DNA from: an uncultured Acidobacteriota bacterium
Lineage (GTDB): Bacteria; Acidobacteriota; Vicinamibacteria; Vicinamibacterales; 2-12-FULL-66-21
DNA: 64,000 bases
Assembly: GCA_963748295.1 (NCBI GenBank)
Contig: CAVVIH010000001.1
Coordinates: 238,021-302,020, forward strand
Direction of reading: 5' to 3'
Of the stretch, positions 1-9,357 are shown one piece after another. Below the pieces are notes generated by a model, which ran no database searches, was not told the origin of the DNA, and worked only from the letters and a program-made list of their open reading frames with translations. Every line of letters begins with the position of its first letter. Within the stretch, counting starts at the first letter, position 1. A program made the translations under genes and the position numbers.

Positions 1-65
1 GGCGCAGGCCAGGCCGATGCCGGACGAAGCGCCGGTGATCGCGGCGACGCGGTTCGCGAGCGTCA
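1..65 (-). CDS. short-chain dehydrogenase/reductase (SDR), N-terminal fragment; the rest lies left of the window
   Basis: Minus-strand ATG at 65..63 followed by MTLANRVAAITGASSGIGLACA, which contains the TGxxxGxG Rossmann motif of classical SDRs. Only about 21 codons are visible. Confidence 0.55.
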
Positions 66-95
66 TCTGGCGATGATACAGTCTGGCCGACTGGC

Positions 96-1234
96 ATGGA
101 TCCGTCCATCTCGCTCCTGCGGCATCTCGTGTCCATCGACTCGGTCAATCCTTCGCTCGTGCCGGCGCGCGAGGCGAAGGGGCGATCGCGGCGGTGGTTG
201 CCGAACACATGCGCCGGATTGGCCTCGCGGTCGAGATCAGGAAGTCGCGGCGGGACGGCCGAACGTGATCGGCGTGCTGGAAGGGCGTCGTCAGGACGCT
301 CGCTGATGTTCTGCGGACACATCGATACCGTCGGCGTCGACGGCATGGATCGTCCGTTCGCGCCGGACGAAAACGGACGGCCGCCTCTACGGCCGCGGTG
401 CGCAGGACATGAAGGGCGGCGTCGCCGCCATGATCGACGCCGCGCGCGTCGTCGCTGAGCGGCGGACTCGGACGCGGCAGGTCTGATTGTCGCGGCGGTC
501 GTCGACGAGGAAGTACGCCAGCATCGGCGCCGATGCGCTCGTGTGCGCGTGGACGGCGGATGCGGCGGTGGTCACCGAGCCGACCGATCTGCAGATCGGC
601 ATCGGCGCACAAGGGATTCGCCTGGCTGGAAATGGAAACGCGCGGCCGCGCGGCGCACGGCAGCCGGCCGAAGGACGGCCGCGACGCGATCCTGCGCATG
701 GGACGCGTGCTCGGCCGTCTTGAAGCGCTCGATCGCGACTTGCAGTCGCGTCCGCCGCATCCCGTCATCGGCGACCGGATCGCTGCATGCGTCGATCATC
801 AACGGCGGACGGGAGTGGAGCAGCTATCCGGATCGCTGCCGCCTGCAGGTCGAGCGCCGCACCATCGCCGGGGAGGATCGGCGACAGCGCGCTCGACGAG
901 ATGCAGCAGATTCTCGACGCGCTCGCCGCAGACGATCCGGAGTTCGAAGCGTCAGCGCCGATTGAATTTCTCGCGGCCGCCTTACGAGGTCGCGTCGGAT
1001 CATGCGCTGCCGGTGACGCTGGCCGCTGCCGCGGCAGCGCAATCGCTGGACACGCGGGATGGTGGGAATGAGCTTCTGGACGGATGCCGCGGTGCTGGCG
1101 GGGCGGGGATTCCCTCGGTGCTGTTCGGCCCGGGGGGCGCGGGCCTCCACAGCACCGAGGAATACGTGAATGTGGCCGACGTGCTCGCCTGCCGCGATAC
1201 GCTTGCGCGGCTTGCGGTCGACTGGTGTGGATAA
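96..1234 (+). pseudogene. M20 family metallopeptidase (ArgE/DapE-like deacylase), frame broken many times as assembled
   Basis: Pieces of one M20 enzyme are spread over all three + frames: LLRHLVSIDSVNPSLVP (from 96), EVAAGRPNVIGVLEGRR (frame of ORF 73..306), LMFCGHIDTVGVDGMDRPF, EEYASIGADALVCAWTADAAVVTEPTDLQIGI (ORF 487..723), HKGFAWLEMETRGRAAHGSRP (ORF 533..1234), SLHASIINGGREWSSYPDRCRLQVERR (ORF 543..965), IPSVLFGPGGAGLHSTEEYVNV (end of 533..1234). There are at least six frame changes. Confidence 0.7.
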
Positions 1235-1292
1235 TCAGCTGTCAGCCATCAGCCGCCCTGAAGCTGACAGCTGATAGCTGAGAGCTGATGGC
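1234..1292. repeat. nested inverted repeats between convergent genes (possible bidirectional terminator)
   Basis: Perfect 13-bp inverted repeat ATCAGCTGTCAGC (1234..1246) / GCTGACAGCTGAT (1263..1275), plus GCCATCAGC (1245..1253) / GCTGATGGC (1284..1292). No clear U-tract. Confidence 0.3.
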
Positions 1293-1300
1293 TTTGAAAC

Positions 1301-1602
1301 CTACGCGCTCTTGCGAAGCACCAGTCGCGGCTTCGAGAGCAGATGGCGGTGCGGATCGCCCTCGAAGCGGCGCCGCGGGCCGCGCCCGCTGACTTCCCAC
1401 CCAGGCGTGTCGTGGCCGCACGACGTGCAGCGCATCATCACGCGGTTGCCCTCGAAGTGCAGGATGGCGTCGTGCCCGCGAAGGCCGCAGAAAGTCTGGC
1501 CGAGCCGGCTGATGATGCGTCCGACGAAACCGCCGTTCGAGGCGGTGGCTTCAGAACTGACGTCGATGACGCCGCGAGCTGCTGGGGATAGTTCGTAACC
1601 AT
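1301..1602 (-). CDS. small hypothetical protein (about 100 aa, single CxxC) with one frame break
   Basis: Minus-strand ATG at 1602 is preceded by GGAGG. It reads MVTNYPQQLAASSTSVLKPP..., then after a 1-nt shift VGRIISRLGQTFCGLRGHDAILHFEGNRVMMRCTSCGHDTPGWEVSGRGPRRRFEGDPHRHLLSKPRLVLRKSA, stopping at 1301. The ORF is absent from the track because each piece is shorter than 60 aa or lacks a start codon. Confidence 0.35.
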
Positions 1603-1865
1603 TGGGCGCTCCTGGATCCTCCGATAAGCCCGATCTCTAGGACGCGTCCGTTTTTCGATCCGTCTCCGCCGCGTCCGTGGCTCATGAATATCAAGAGATA
1701 TGCCACGGCTGGGTCATTCCCGTATCTCGAACTGAGCAAGGGACTTGGCGTGAAATCACTGATTCCGCGCGACTGACGGGTTATGTAGTCGTCCGGCTAA
1801 CTGATTGACTCTCAGCGGCTCCTGAGGGGGACAGTGGGGCCAGCCGGCGGCCGAGTGGAAGACAC

Positions 1866-2804
1866 TTATCCTTCTCGCAGTAGACTTCTGATGACAAATC
1901 CGACATTTGCGGGACGTTCTCCCAGCCGACGCATGAAGTACGGGAACCATTCGCGACCGAATGGGACGTATACGCGGAGCCCGTAGCCGTCGCGGACGAG
2001 GGCGGTCTGGAGGTCGCGGCTGATGCCGTAGAGCATCTGGAACTCGCACGATTTCGGAGCAATCTGCTGTTTTGCCGCGAAATCGCGCGTCGCGGCAATC
2101 ATCGCCGGATCGTGCGTGGCGATGGCCGGGTAGGTGCCACCCGTCAACAGCACCTTCATGATGTCCACGAATGCTGCGTCCACGCCGGCCTTGTCTCTGA
2201 TACGCGACGCCGCGCGGTTCCTTGTAGGCGCCCTTCACCAGCCGCACACGCGCGCCGAGCTCGTTCAGGCGCCGCGACGTCTTCGACGCTGCGCGGCAGA
2301 CAGGACTGCAGCACCACGCCGACGCTGCGATAGCCCTGCTGCCAGATCGTCTCGAACACGTCGAGCGTGACCTGGGTGTACGGCGAATTCTCCATGTCGA
2401 TGCGCACGAAGAACTCGTGAGTGCCCGAGGCGTCGAGAATGCGCCGCAGGTTGTCGACGCACGTCGCGCGATCGACCGTCAGCCCGAGTTGCGTCAGCTT
2501 GAGCGAGATGTTCCGGCCGATGCCGGCTTTCGCGATCGCGCTCGATCACCGTCAGGTAGGCGCGCGTCGCCTGATCGGCCTCGGCGATGCTGCCGACGCT
2601 CTCGCCGAGGTAATCGAGCGTCTGCGTCTTCCCATCCGCTTCGATCGTCCGCGCCGCGGCGATCGCTTCGTCGACGGTTTCTCCGGCGATGAAGCGCCGC
2701 GCGAAACTCTCGGCGCTGCGCATGCCGTACCGGGATGCCATTCGTTGAAGCGTCTGGCTGCCTGCGAGCGAGTGGAAGAGCGCCTTCGAGAGGCTATCGA
2801 TCAT
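1866..2804 (-). pseudogene. proline dehydrogenase (PRODH domain), at least three frame breaks as assembled
   Basis: N-terminal part in ORF 2265..2804 (FIAGETVDEAIAAARTIEADGKTQTLDYLGESV). Middle parts in ORF 2156..2407 (RIDMENSPYTQVTLDVFETIWQQGYRSVGVVLQSCL) and ORF 1756..2247 (RLVKGAYKEP). C-terminal part in ORF 1866..2183 (GTYPAIATHDPAMIAATRDFA...EFQMLYGI...GYGLRVYVPFGREWFPYFMRRLGERPANV). Confidence 0.75.
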
Positions 2805-3938
2805 CAGTGGGTTCGCGGAGGTCGCCGTGGCCCCGTGAGCAGATGCTGCAGCGTGCGCGCGTAGTAGCGAAGGACGGTGCGCTCGCGGACCCGGAAACGT
2901 CCACCGCGTTCGACGTGGATGATGTTGCGGGCGGCCAGCGGCTCCGCCCCTTCGTCGACCGCCTGTCTGCCGGACGTGACGCCGAGGTTTGCCCCCGCCG
3001 CGCGCAGCGTTTCAATCAGCGCGTCGGCGCGGGCGATGAGGTCGTGCCGCCGGATCGACGGCCGCATCGCGGCCGCGACGACGGCGGTCGGCAGCACCTT
3101 GTGCATCGCGCCGATCGTGTCGCGGATCTGGTGCGCGAGCGCCATCACGTCGCGCCGCGACTCGGCGTCGTAGCCGCGCAGCGGAACCGGCGCTCCGAAC
3201 GTGACGAACGCGCGCGATTGATAGCCCACCGCGTAGCGCACCATCTCGGCCACTTCCCGCGCGAACGGCCGCTGCCGCCGTTTGGAGCCGAGATGCGCCA
3301 GGATGTGGTCCTCGAGCACCAGGTCGTAGGCGATCGCCATCGGCACGACGACGAGGTCGCTGCGATGCGACTGCATCGCGGCATGCAGCAATCCGGTTTT
3401 CGGCGTCTTGAGCTCGCCCGAGTAGCTGCGGCCCCCTTCGATGTAGAACATCAGGTCGTGGCGCCGGAGCAGTTCGGCGACGTAGGCCTTGAGCGTGACG
3501 AGGTAGGCGGGGTCCTTCGTGTTGCGGCGGATCGGAATCGCGCCGGTCACATGGCGGTGCAGCAGGCCGAGCGGCCCGCCGAACAGGTTGATGCCCGCCG
3601 CGATCACCGGCGGCCGCACGCCGTTGTCGTCGAGCACGAGCGGCTCGACCAGATAGTCGAGATGGCTCTTGTGATTCGAGATGTAGATGATCCGCCCGGC
3701 GCGGGTCGCATCCTGCGCGATCCGCGACGCCTTCGTCGATGCGCTCGACCTTGCGGAGAATCGGATAGAGCGGGTGCTTGAGCGCGCGGTAGATCGGATA
3801 CCGCTGCGTGGTGCGAAGCTCGTCGAGATACGCGTGGATCCGCTCGCGTGCCTGGAGCTCGGACTGGCCGTGGCCGCCGCGCAGGTACCGCGCTACATCC
3901 TCGCGCGCCAGCACGGCCTGCGTGATGTCGTCGAGCAT
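2804..3938 (-). CDS. PlsB-like glycerolipid acyltransferase (one frame break near 3700)
   Basis: N-terminal part in ORF 3012..3938 (RERIHAYLDELRTTQRYPIYRALKHPLYPILRKVERI). The rest is in ORF 2804..3637 (PVIAAGINLFGGPLGLLHRHVTGAIPIRRNTKDPAYLVTLKAYVAELLRRHDLMFYIEGGRSYSGELKTPKTGLL). The HX4D block (NHKSHLDYL) is readable at the frame junction. Confidence 0.65.
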
Positions 3939-3952
3939 TGCGCCGCACTATA

Positions 3953-5002
3953 TCACCCCTTCGTCTTTCGATCGCCGGAGGCCGACGCTCGTCTGTGCGG
4001 GGCGAGTTCCGCGCAAACCGCCTCGGTGAATTCGGTGGTGGTGGCGGTGCCGCCGAGATCACGCGTCCGCACCCGTCCTGCCGCGAGCACGCGGTCCAGC
4101 GCGGCGCGGATGCGCGCGCTCTGCTGCTGCTCGCCGATGTGATCCAGCATCATCAAAGCCGACAGCAGCAGCGCCGTCGGGTTCGCCATGTTCTTGCCGG
4201 CGATGTCCGGCGCGCTGCCGTGAACCGCTTCGAACACCGCGCAGTCCGTCCCCAGGTTCGCTCCCGGCACGACGCCGAGGCCGCCGACCAGACCGGCGCA
4301 GAGATCCGACACGATGTCGCCGTAGAGATTCGGCAGCACCAGCACGTCGAACATCTCAGGGTGCATCACCAGGTGCATGCAGGCGGCGTCGACGATCCGC
4401 TCGTCGTACGACACGTCGGTGAACTGCGCGGCGACTTTCCGGCAGCTCTCCAGGAACAGGCCGTCCCCGAGCTTCATGATGTTGGCTTTGTGGATCGCGG
4501 TGACGCGTTTGCGTCCGGTCGCCCGGGCGTGCTCGAAGGCGAACCGGGCGATCCGCGTCGACGCACGCTCGGTGATGATCTTCAGGCTCTCCACCACGCC
4601 GGGCACGACCTCGTGCTCGAGGCCGGAATACAGGTCTTCGGTGTTCTCCCGGACGATCACCAGGTCGACGCCGCTGAAGCGGCTCTCGATGCCGGCCAGG
4701 TTCCGCACCGGCCGGAGGTTGGCGAACAGATCGAGCGCCTTCCGCAGCCCGACGTTCACGCTGGTGAATCCCTCGCCGATCGGCGTGGTGACCGGCCCCT
4801 TCAGGGCGACCTTGTTCCTCTTGATCGATTCCAGCAGCTCGGCCGGCAGCGAGGTCTTGTGGCGTTCGAACGCCGTCACCCCGGCGTCGTGCCGCTCCCA
4901 TTCGATGTCGAGGCCCGCCGCGGAGAAGATGCGGACGACGGCGGCGGTGACCTCGGGACCGATGCCGTCACCGGGGATCAGCGTGATGACGCGATGTGCC
5001 AT
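3953..5002 (-). CDS. isocitrate/isopropylmalate dehydrogenase family, NAD-IDH-like
   Basis: MAHRVITLIPGDGIGPEV..., NLRPVR, IVRENTEDLYSGLEH, LVLPNLYGDIVSDLCAGLVGGLGVVPGANLG, AVFEAVHGSAPDIAGKNMANPTALLLS. Internal Met of ORF 3953..5392. Confidence 0.8.
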   Translation of the reverse strand: MAHRVITLIPGDGIGPEVTAAVVRIFSAAGLDIEWERHDAGVTAFERHKTSLPAELLESIKRNKVALKGPVTTPIGEGFTSVNVGLRKALDLFANLRPVRNLAGIESRFSGVDLVIVRENTEDLYSGLEHEVVPGVVESLKIITERASTRIARFAFEHARATGRKRVTAIHKANIMKLGDGLFLESCRKVAAQFTDVSYDERIVDAACMHLVMHPEMFDVLVLPNLYGDIVSDLCAGLVGGLGVVPGANLGTDCAVFEAVHGSAPDIAGKNMANPTALLLSALMMLDHIGEQQQSARIRAALDRVLAAGRVRTRDLGGTATTTEFTEAVCAELAPHRRASASGDRKTKG

Positions 5003-5471
5003 TGGAATCAGGATGCGTGAGTAGGGAGCCGTGGGCGCCAGCAGCGCGGCGACCTTCTCGAGGAGCGCGCGATCGGCGGGACCGAACGCGGCCGGCTTGT
5101 CGCTGTCGATGTCGATCTCGCCCAGCACGTCGCCGTCCAGCATGATCGGCGTGACGATCTCCGACTTCGTCTCGATGCTGCAGGCCAGGTATCTCGGATC
5201 CGCGCTCACGTCGTCGACGATGATCGTCGTGCGCTCGGTGGCGGCGGCGCCGCAGATGCCGCGGCCGAGCGGGATTCGCGTGTGCGGCGACGGCTTGCCG
5301 ACGAACGGGCCGAGCACGAGCTCGTTGCCGTAAAGAAGATAGATCCCCACCCACGTGTAGTCGGGGTGCTCGGCCTGGAGGGTCCGAACCACCGTCTTCC
5401 ATCGCCGGCGTGCCGGACTCGCGGCCGATCAGCGACTCAATCTTGTCGAGCGTCTTCTGGTGCTTCTGCAT
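5003..5471 (-). CDS. GAF-domain protein (free methionine-R-sulfoxide reductase-like), in frame with the downstream dehydrogenase; frame break near 5400
   Basis: The ATG at 5471 gives MQKHQKTLDKIESLI. After a shift it reads VRTLQAEHPDYTWVGIYLLYGNELVLGPFVGKPSPHTRIPLGRGICGAAATERTTIIVDDVSADPRYLACSIETKSEIVTPI...GEIDIDSD. No stop codon precedes the IDH Met at 5002. Confidence 0.6.
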
Positions 5472-5482
5472 TTTGGTCCGAA

Positions 5483-5971
5483 TCAGTCCTTCAGCTCGAA
5501 CGCGAGCAGCAGCAGGCTGCCCACGAGCGGTACGATCTGGATGGCGCTGGCCTGCGCGTGCAGGCGGCCGAATCTGACGCGGCGATCGTCGTCGGCGCGC
5601 AGGCTCGACGGCGCGGCGCCGATCTCCTGCCGCAGCTGGTCGATCTGTCCCCGCAGCACGAGTCCCGAATAGAGCGACGCCGCGAACATCGCGGCGATCA
5701 GTCCGGCGCGAAGCGCGAAGCGCCTGGGCCTGGGTCCGAGGACCGCGCGCGCGACGAGCGACGCGAGCGCGACCACCGCGCATCCGTAGCTCACCAGGTG
5801 GAACCGGCGCAGGATCTCGCCGACCACCGCGCCGGACAGGACCCGGGGATCCGCGACGTGCTGCGCGGCCATCGTGTCGAAGACCGCGGGCGCAACCAGC
5901 GCGCCGAGCGTCAGCAGGCCGCCGAACCAGACTGCTGCGGCCAGCAGGCCGGCGAACCGCAACGCAAGCAT
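5483..5971 (-). CDS. DUF4149/TMEM205-like integral membrane protein
   Basis: Internal Met of ORF 5483..6304: MLALRFAGLLAAAVWFGGLLTLGALVAPAVF..., with four hydrophobic segments. GAGGAG lies just upstream of the ATG at 5971. Confidence 0.5.
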   Translation of the reverse strand: MLALRFAGLLAAAVWFGGLLTLGALVAPAVFDTMAAQHVADPRVLSGAVVGEILRRFHLVSYGCAVVALASLVARAVLGPRPRRFALRAGLIAAMFAASLYSGLVLRGQIDQLRQEIGAAPSSLRADDDRRVRFGRLHAQASAIQIVPLVGSLLLLAFELKD

Positions 5972-6016
5972 CTCCTCATTATAATTGACGTGTCTCGTTC
6001 CCACCGGATCCTGATC

Positions 6017-7421
6017 ATGTCCATCCCATGGCTGCCGTGGAGCGCCGATGCCTTTGCGCAGGCGCGCGTCGCGGCGAAGCCGGTCCTGCTCTTCATCTCC
6101 GCGACGTGGTGCCGCGGCTGCGACGACATGGAGCGTACGACCTACGCCGACCCGTCGGTGCAGAAGCTCCTCGCCGACCGCTTCGTGGCGGTGCGCGTCG
6201 ACGCCGACCGCCGACCGGACATCTTCGAGCGCTACACGCTCGGCGGAGTGCCTACCACCGCGTTCCTTACCGGCGACGGGATCATCTTCGGCGGCGGAAC
6301 GCACGTTCCGGCGGATCGGATGGTCGGAGCGCTCGAGCAGGCTGCCGCCGCGTTCGCCTCGCGACGAGATGAAATCGAGCAGCGCTGCTCACGGGGTTGG
6401 CCGTGCGCCCGCCCCGCACTCCGCGACCGCGCCGTCCTCGAACGACCTGATCGCGGGCGTCTTCGAAACGTACGACACCGAGCACGGCGGCTTTGGATCG
6501 GGCGGGAAGTTCCCGATCACGTCGCCGCTGCACCTGGCCCTCGCGCTCGGCGCCGAGTCCTCCTCGCCGTTCCGCGGCATCGTCGAACACACACTCGACG
6601 CGATGCGTGGCGGTGCGCTGTACGACGCGGTCGACGGCGGGTTCTTCAGATGCGCGGCGACCCGCGACTGGCAGAACGCGAGCCAGGAAAAACTGCTCGA
6701 GGTGAACGCCGCGCTGCTGCGCTTGTACATCGAGGCGGCTGACGTGCTGCAGTCCGAGCGATATCGCGAGACCGCTGTCGACGTGCTGCGATACGTCCAG
6801 ACATGCCTGTCCGATCCGGTTGATGGGGGATGGGCTGGGTCTCAGCGCGGGGACACGGTCGATCGGACGATCTACTCCGGCTGGAACGCGCAGATGGCGT
6901 CGGCGGCCCTGCGCGCCGCCCGATCGCTCGACGATCCGTCGCTCGGCGAGTTCGCGGTGAAATCGCTCGAGCGCGTGCTGCTGGCGGGCTATCGGCCTGG
7001 CGCCGGGGTGGCGCACTGCGACGATGCCGATGCCCAGGTGCGCGGCCTGCTCGACGATCAGATCCAGATGGCGGCCGCGTCGCTCGACGCATTCGACGCG
7101 ACCGGCAACGTCGTCTATTCGATGATGGCTGAAGAGCTCGGCCACTATGTGCTGCGGACGATGTGGGATGACGCCGAGCCGGGGTTTCTGGACCGCGTCG
7201 GCGGAGACGACGAGGTGGGGCTGCTCAAGCAGCGGGCGAAGCCGTTCGTGTCGAACTGCGAGGCCGCGTCGCTGATGGGCCGCCTCGCCGCGGCGTCGGG
7301 CACGCACGAGTTTCGCGAAAAAGCCGAGGCTGCACTCTCGAGCCTGGCGGCCGCGGCGCCGTCGCACGGACCGCTGGCGGCGCACTATCTCCTCGCGGTG
7401 CGCGAGTGCGGCCTCCGGTGA
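6017..7421 (+). CDS. thioredoxin-domain DUF255 / YyaL-family protein (frame break near 6380)
   Basis: MSIPWLPWSADAFAQARVAAKPVLLFISATWCRGCDDMERTTYADPSVQKLLADRFVAVRVDADRRPDIFERY (frame of ORF 5282..6742), then FETYDTEHGGFGSGGKFP...ALYDAVDGGFFRCAATRDWQNASQEKLLEVNA (ORF 6048..7421). Confidence 0.7.
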
Positions 7422-7438
7422 TAAACTCCGCTTCTGCC

Positions 7439-9313
7439 ATGGCTGACAATTCCGCCACAATGCTTTCCGCTCTTCGCAACATCGCCACCGACCTGCGCAT
7501 CGACTCGATCCGTTCGACCACGGAAGCGGGCAGCGGTCATCCGACCACGTGCCTTTCGGCCGCCGAGATCGTCGCGACGCTGTTCTTTGGCGAGATGCAT
7601 TTCAATCCAAAGGATCCGCGCAATCCCGACAACGACAGGTTCGTGCTGTCGAAAGGGCACGCGGCGCCGATCCTCTACGCCGCCTGGGCCGAGGCCGGGT
7701 TGTTCCCGCGCGAGGAGCTGCTGAAGCTCCGCCGCATCGATTCGGACCTCGAGGGGCATCCCACTCCCAGACTGAATTTCGTCGACGTGGCCACCGGCTC
7801 GCTCGGTCAGGGGCTTGCGGCCGGCGTCGGCATCGCGCTGAACGCGCGCCGCATCGAGTCGCAGTACCGCACCTACGTCCTGCTCGGCGACGGCGAGATG
7901 GCCGAGGGGTCGGTCTGGGAAGCGGTCTCGATGGCGGTGCACTACAAACTCGACAACCTGTGCGCGGTTGTCGACGTCAACGGCCTGGGACAGAGCCAGG
8001 CCACGCAGTTCGATCACGACATGCAGCGGATCGCCGCACACTGGGCCGGATGGGGATGGCACACGATTACCGTCGACGGACACGACATCCAGCAGCTGCT
8101 CGACGCATACGCATCGGCGCGGAACACCGCCGGACGACCGACGGTGATTCTCGGGAGAACGCTCAAGGGCAAGGGCGTGCCCTCGATCGAAGGCAAGGAC
8201 GGCTGGCACGGAAAAGCCCTGAAGAAGGACGAAGCCGAGAAGGCGATCGCCGAGCTGCAGGGTCAGATGCAGCAGGGCGTCGCCAGGCCGTCGATTCCGG
8301 CTCCCCGATCGACGTCGAAGAAGCCCCCGGCACCCGATTATTCAAAGGTCCCGGCCCCGGCGTACAAGAAAGGTGACCTGGTGGCGACGCGCGAGGCCTG
8401 GGGCACCGCGCTCGCGGTGCTGGGCGGCGTCGATCCGCGCGTCGTCGCGCTCGACGCGGACGTCAAGAACTCCACGTTCAGCGACAGGTTCGAGAAGGCG
8501 CACGGATCGAGATTCTACGAGGCGTTCATCGCCGAGCAGGCAATGGTGGGCGCATCGATGGGGCTCGCGGCGCGCGGCGCGATTCCGTTCCCCTCGACGT
8601 TCGCGTGCTTCCTGACGCGCGCCGCCGATTTCATCCGCATGTCGGGCATCTCGTTCGTGAACGTCAAGCTCGCCGGATCGCACGCGGGCATCTCGATTGG
8701 CGAAGACGGGCCGTCGCAGATGGCGCTCGAGGATCTGGCGATGTTCCGCGCGGTGCCGAACTGCACGGTCCTCTATCCTTCCGACGCGGTCAGCACCGAA
8801 CGGCTCGTCGTGGAGATGGGGAAGACCGAGGGGCCCGCCTACATGCGCACTTCGCGTCCGAAGACCCCGGTTCTCTACAGCAGCGACGAACAGTTCCCGA
8901 TCGGGGGCTGCAAAGTGCTGCGGCAGAGCGATTCGGACGTCGCGACGGTCGTGGCCGCGGGCGTCACTGTTCATGAGGCGCTGAAGGCGGCCGACGCGCT
9001 GCAGAAGTCCGGCATCAACATCCGGGTAATCGATTTGTATTCGGTGCAGCCGGTCGACGCGGCGACGCTGATCGCCGCCGCGCAGGCGACCGACGGCATC
9101 GTCTTCACGGTCGAGGATCATTACGCCGCGGGTGGAATCGGCGACGCGGTGAGTGAGGCGCTGGTGCCCGCCGGCGCGGTGGTCCGCCGCCTTGCCGTCC
9201 GCGAGATTCCCCGCAGCGGTCAACCCGACGAGTTGATGGATCGATACGGTATTTCCGCCGGCCATATCGCGGATGCCGTGCGCAAGACGCAGCTCTCGGG
9301 AGTGCACAACTGA
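7439..9313 (+). CDS. tkt: transketolase
   Basis: Intact ORF. Motifs: GSGHPTTCLSAAEIVATLFF, DRFVLSKGHAAPILYAAWAEAG, LEGHPTP, GSLGQGLAAGVGIAL, VLLGDGEMAEGSVWEA, FIAEQAMVGASMGLA, GSHAGISIGEDGPSQMALEDLAMFR. Confidence 0.85.
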   Translation: MADNSATMLSALRNIATDLRIDSIRSTTEAGSGHPTTCLSAAEIVATLFFGEMHFNPKDPRNPDNDRFVLSKGHAAPILYAAWAEAGLFPREELLKLRRIDSDLEGHPTPRLNFVDVATGSLGQGLAAGVGIALNARRIESQYRTYVLLGDGEMAEGSVWEAVSMAVHYKLDNLCAVVDVNGLGQSQATQFDHDMQRIAAHWAGWGWHTITVDGHDIQQLLDAYASARNTAGRPTVILGRTLKGKGVPSIEGKDGWHGKALKKDEAEKAIAELQGQMQQGVARPSIPAPRSTSKKPPAPDYSKVPAPAYKKGDLVATREAWGTALAVLGGVDPRVVALDADVKNSTFSDRFEKAHGSRFYEAFIAEQAMVGASMGLAARGAIPFPSTFACFLTRAADFIRMSGISFVNVKLAGSHAGISIGEDGPSQMALEDLAMFRAVPNCTVLYPSDAVSTERLVVEMGKTEGPAYMRTSRPKTPVLYSSDEQFPIGGCKVLRQSDSDVATVVAAGVTVHEALKAADALQKSGINIRVIDLYSVQPVDAATLIAAAQATDGIVFTVEDHYAAGGIGDAVSEALVPAGAVVRRLAVREIPRSGQPDELMDRYGISAGHIADAVRKTQLSGVHN

Positions 9314-9357
9314 AGCCTGCCGCAGTCGCGCGGGCGATTGACAGCGGGCGATGGCGG

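Noticed and set aside
5972-6016. TATAAT (5980..5985) and TTGACG (5985..5990) in the divergent spacer between the DUF4149 and DUF255 genes.
   Set aside because: The hexamers do not pair with a partner box at a workable distance for either gene. The TATAAT is about 9 nt from the minus-strand ATG and overlaps its SD region.
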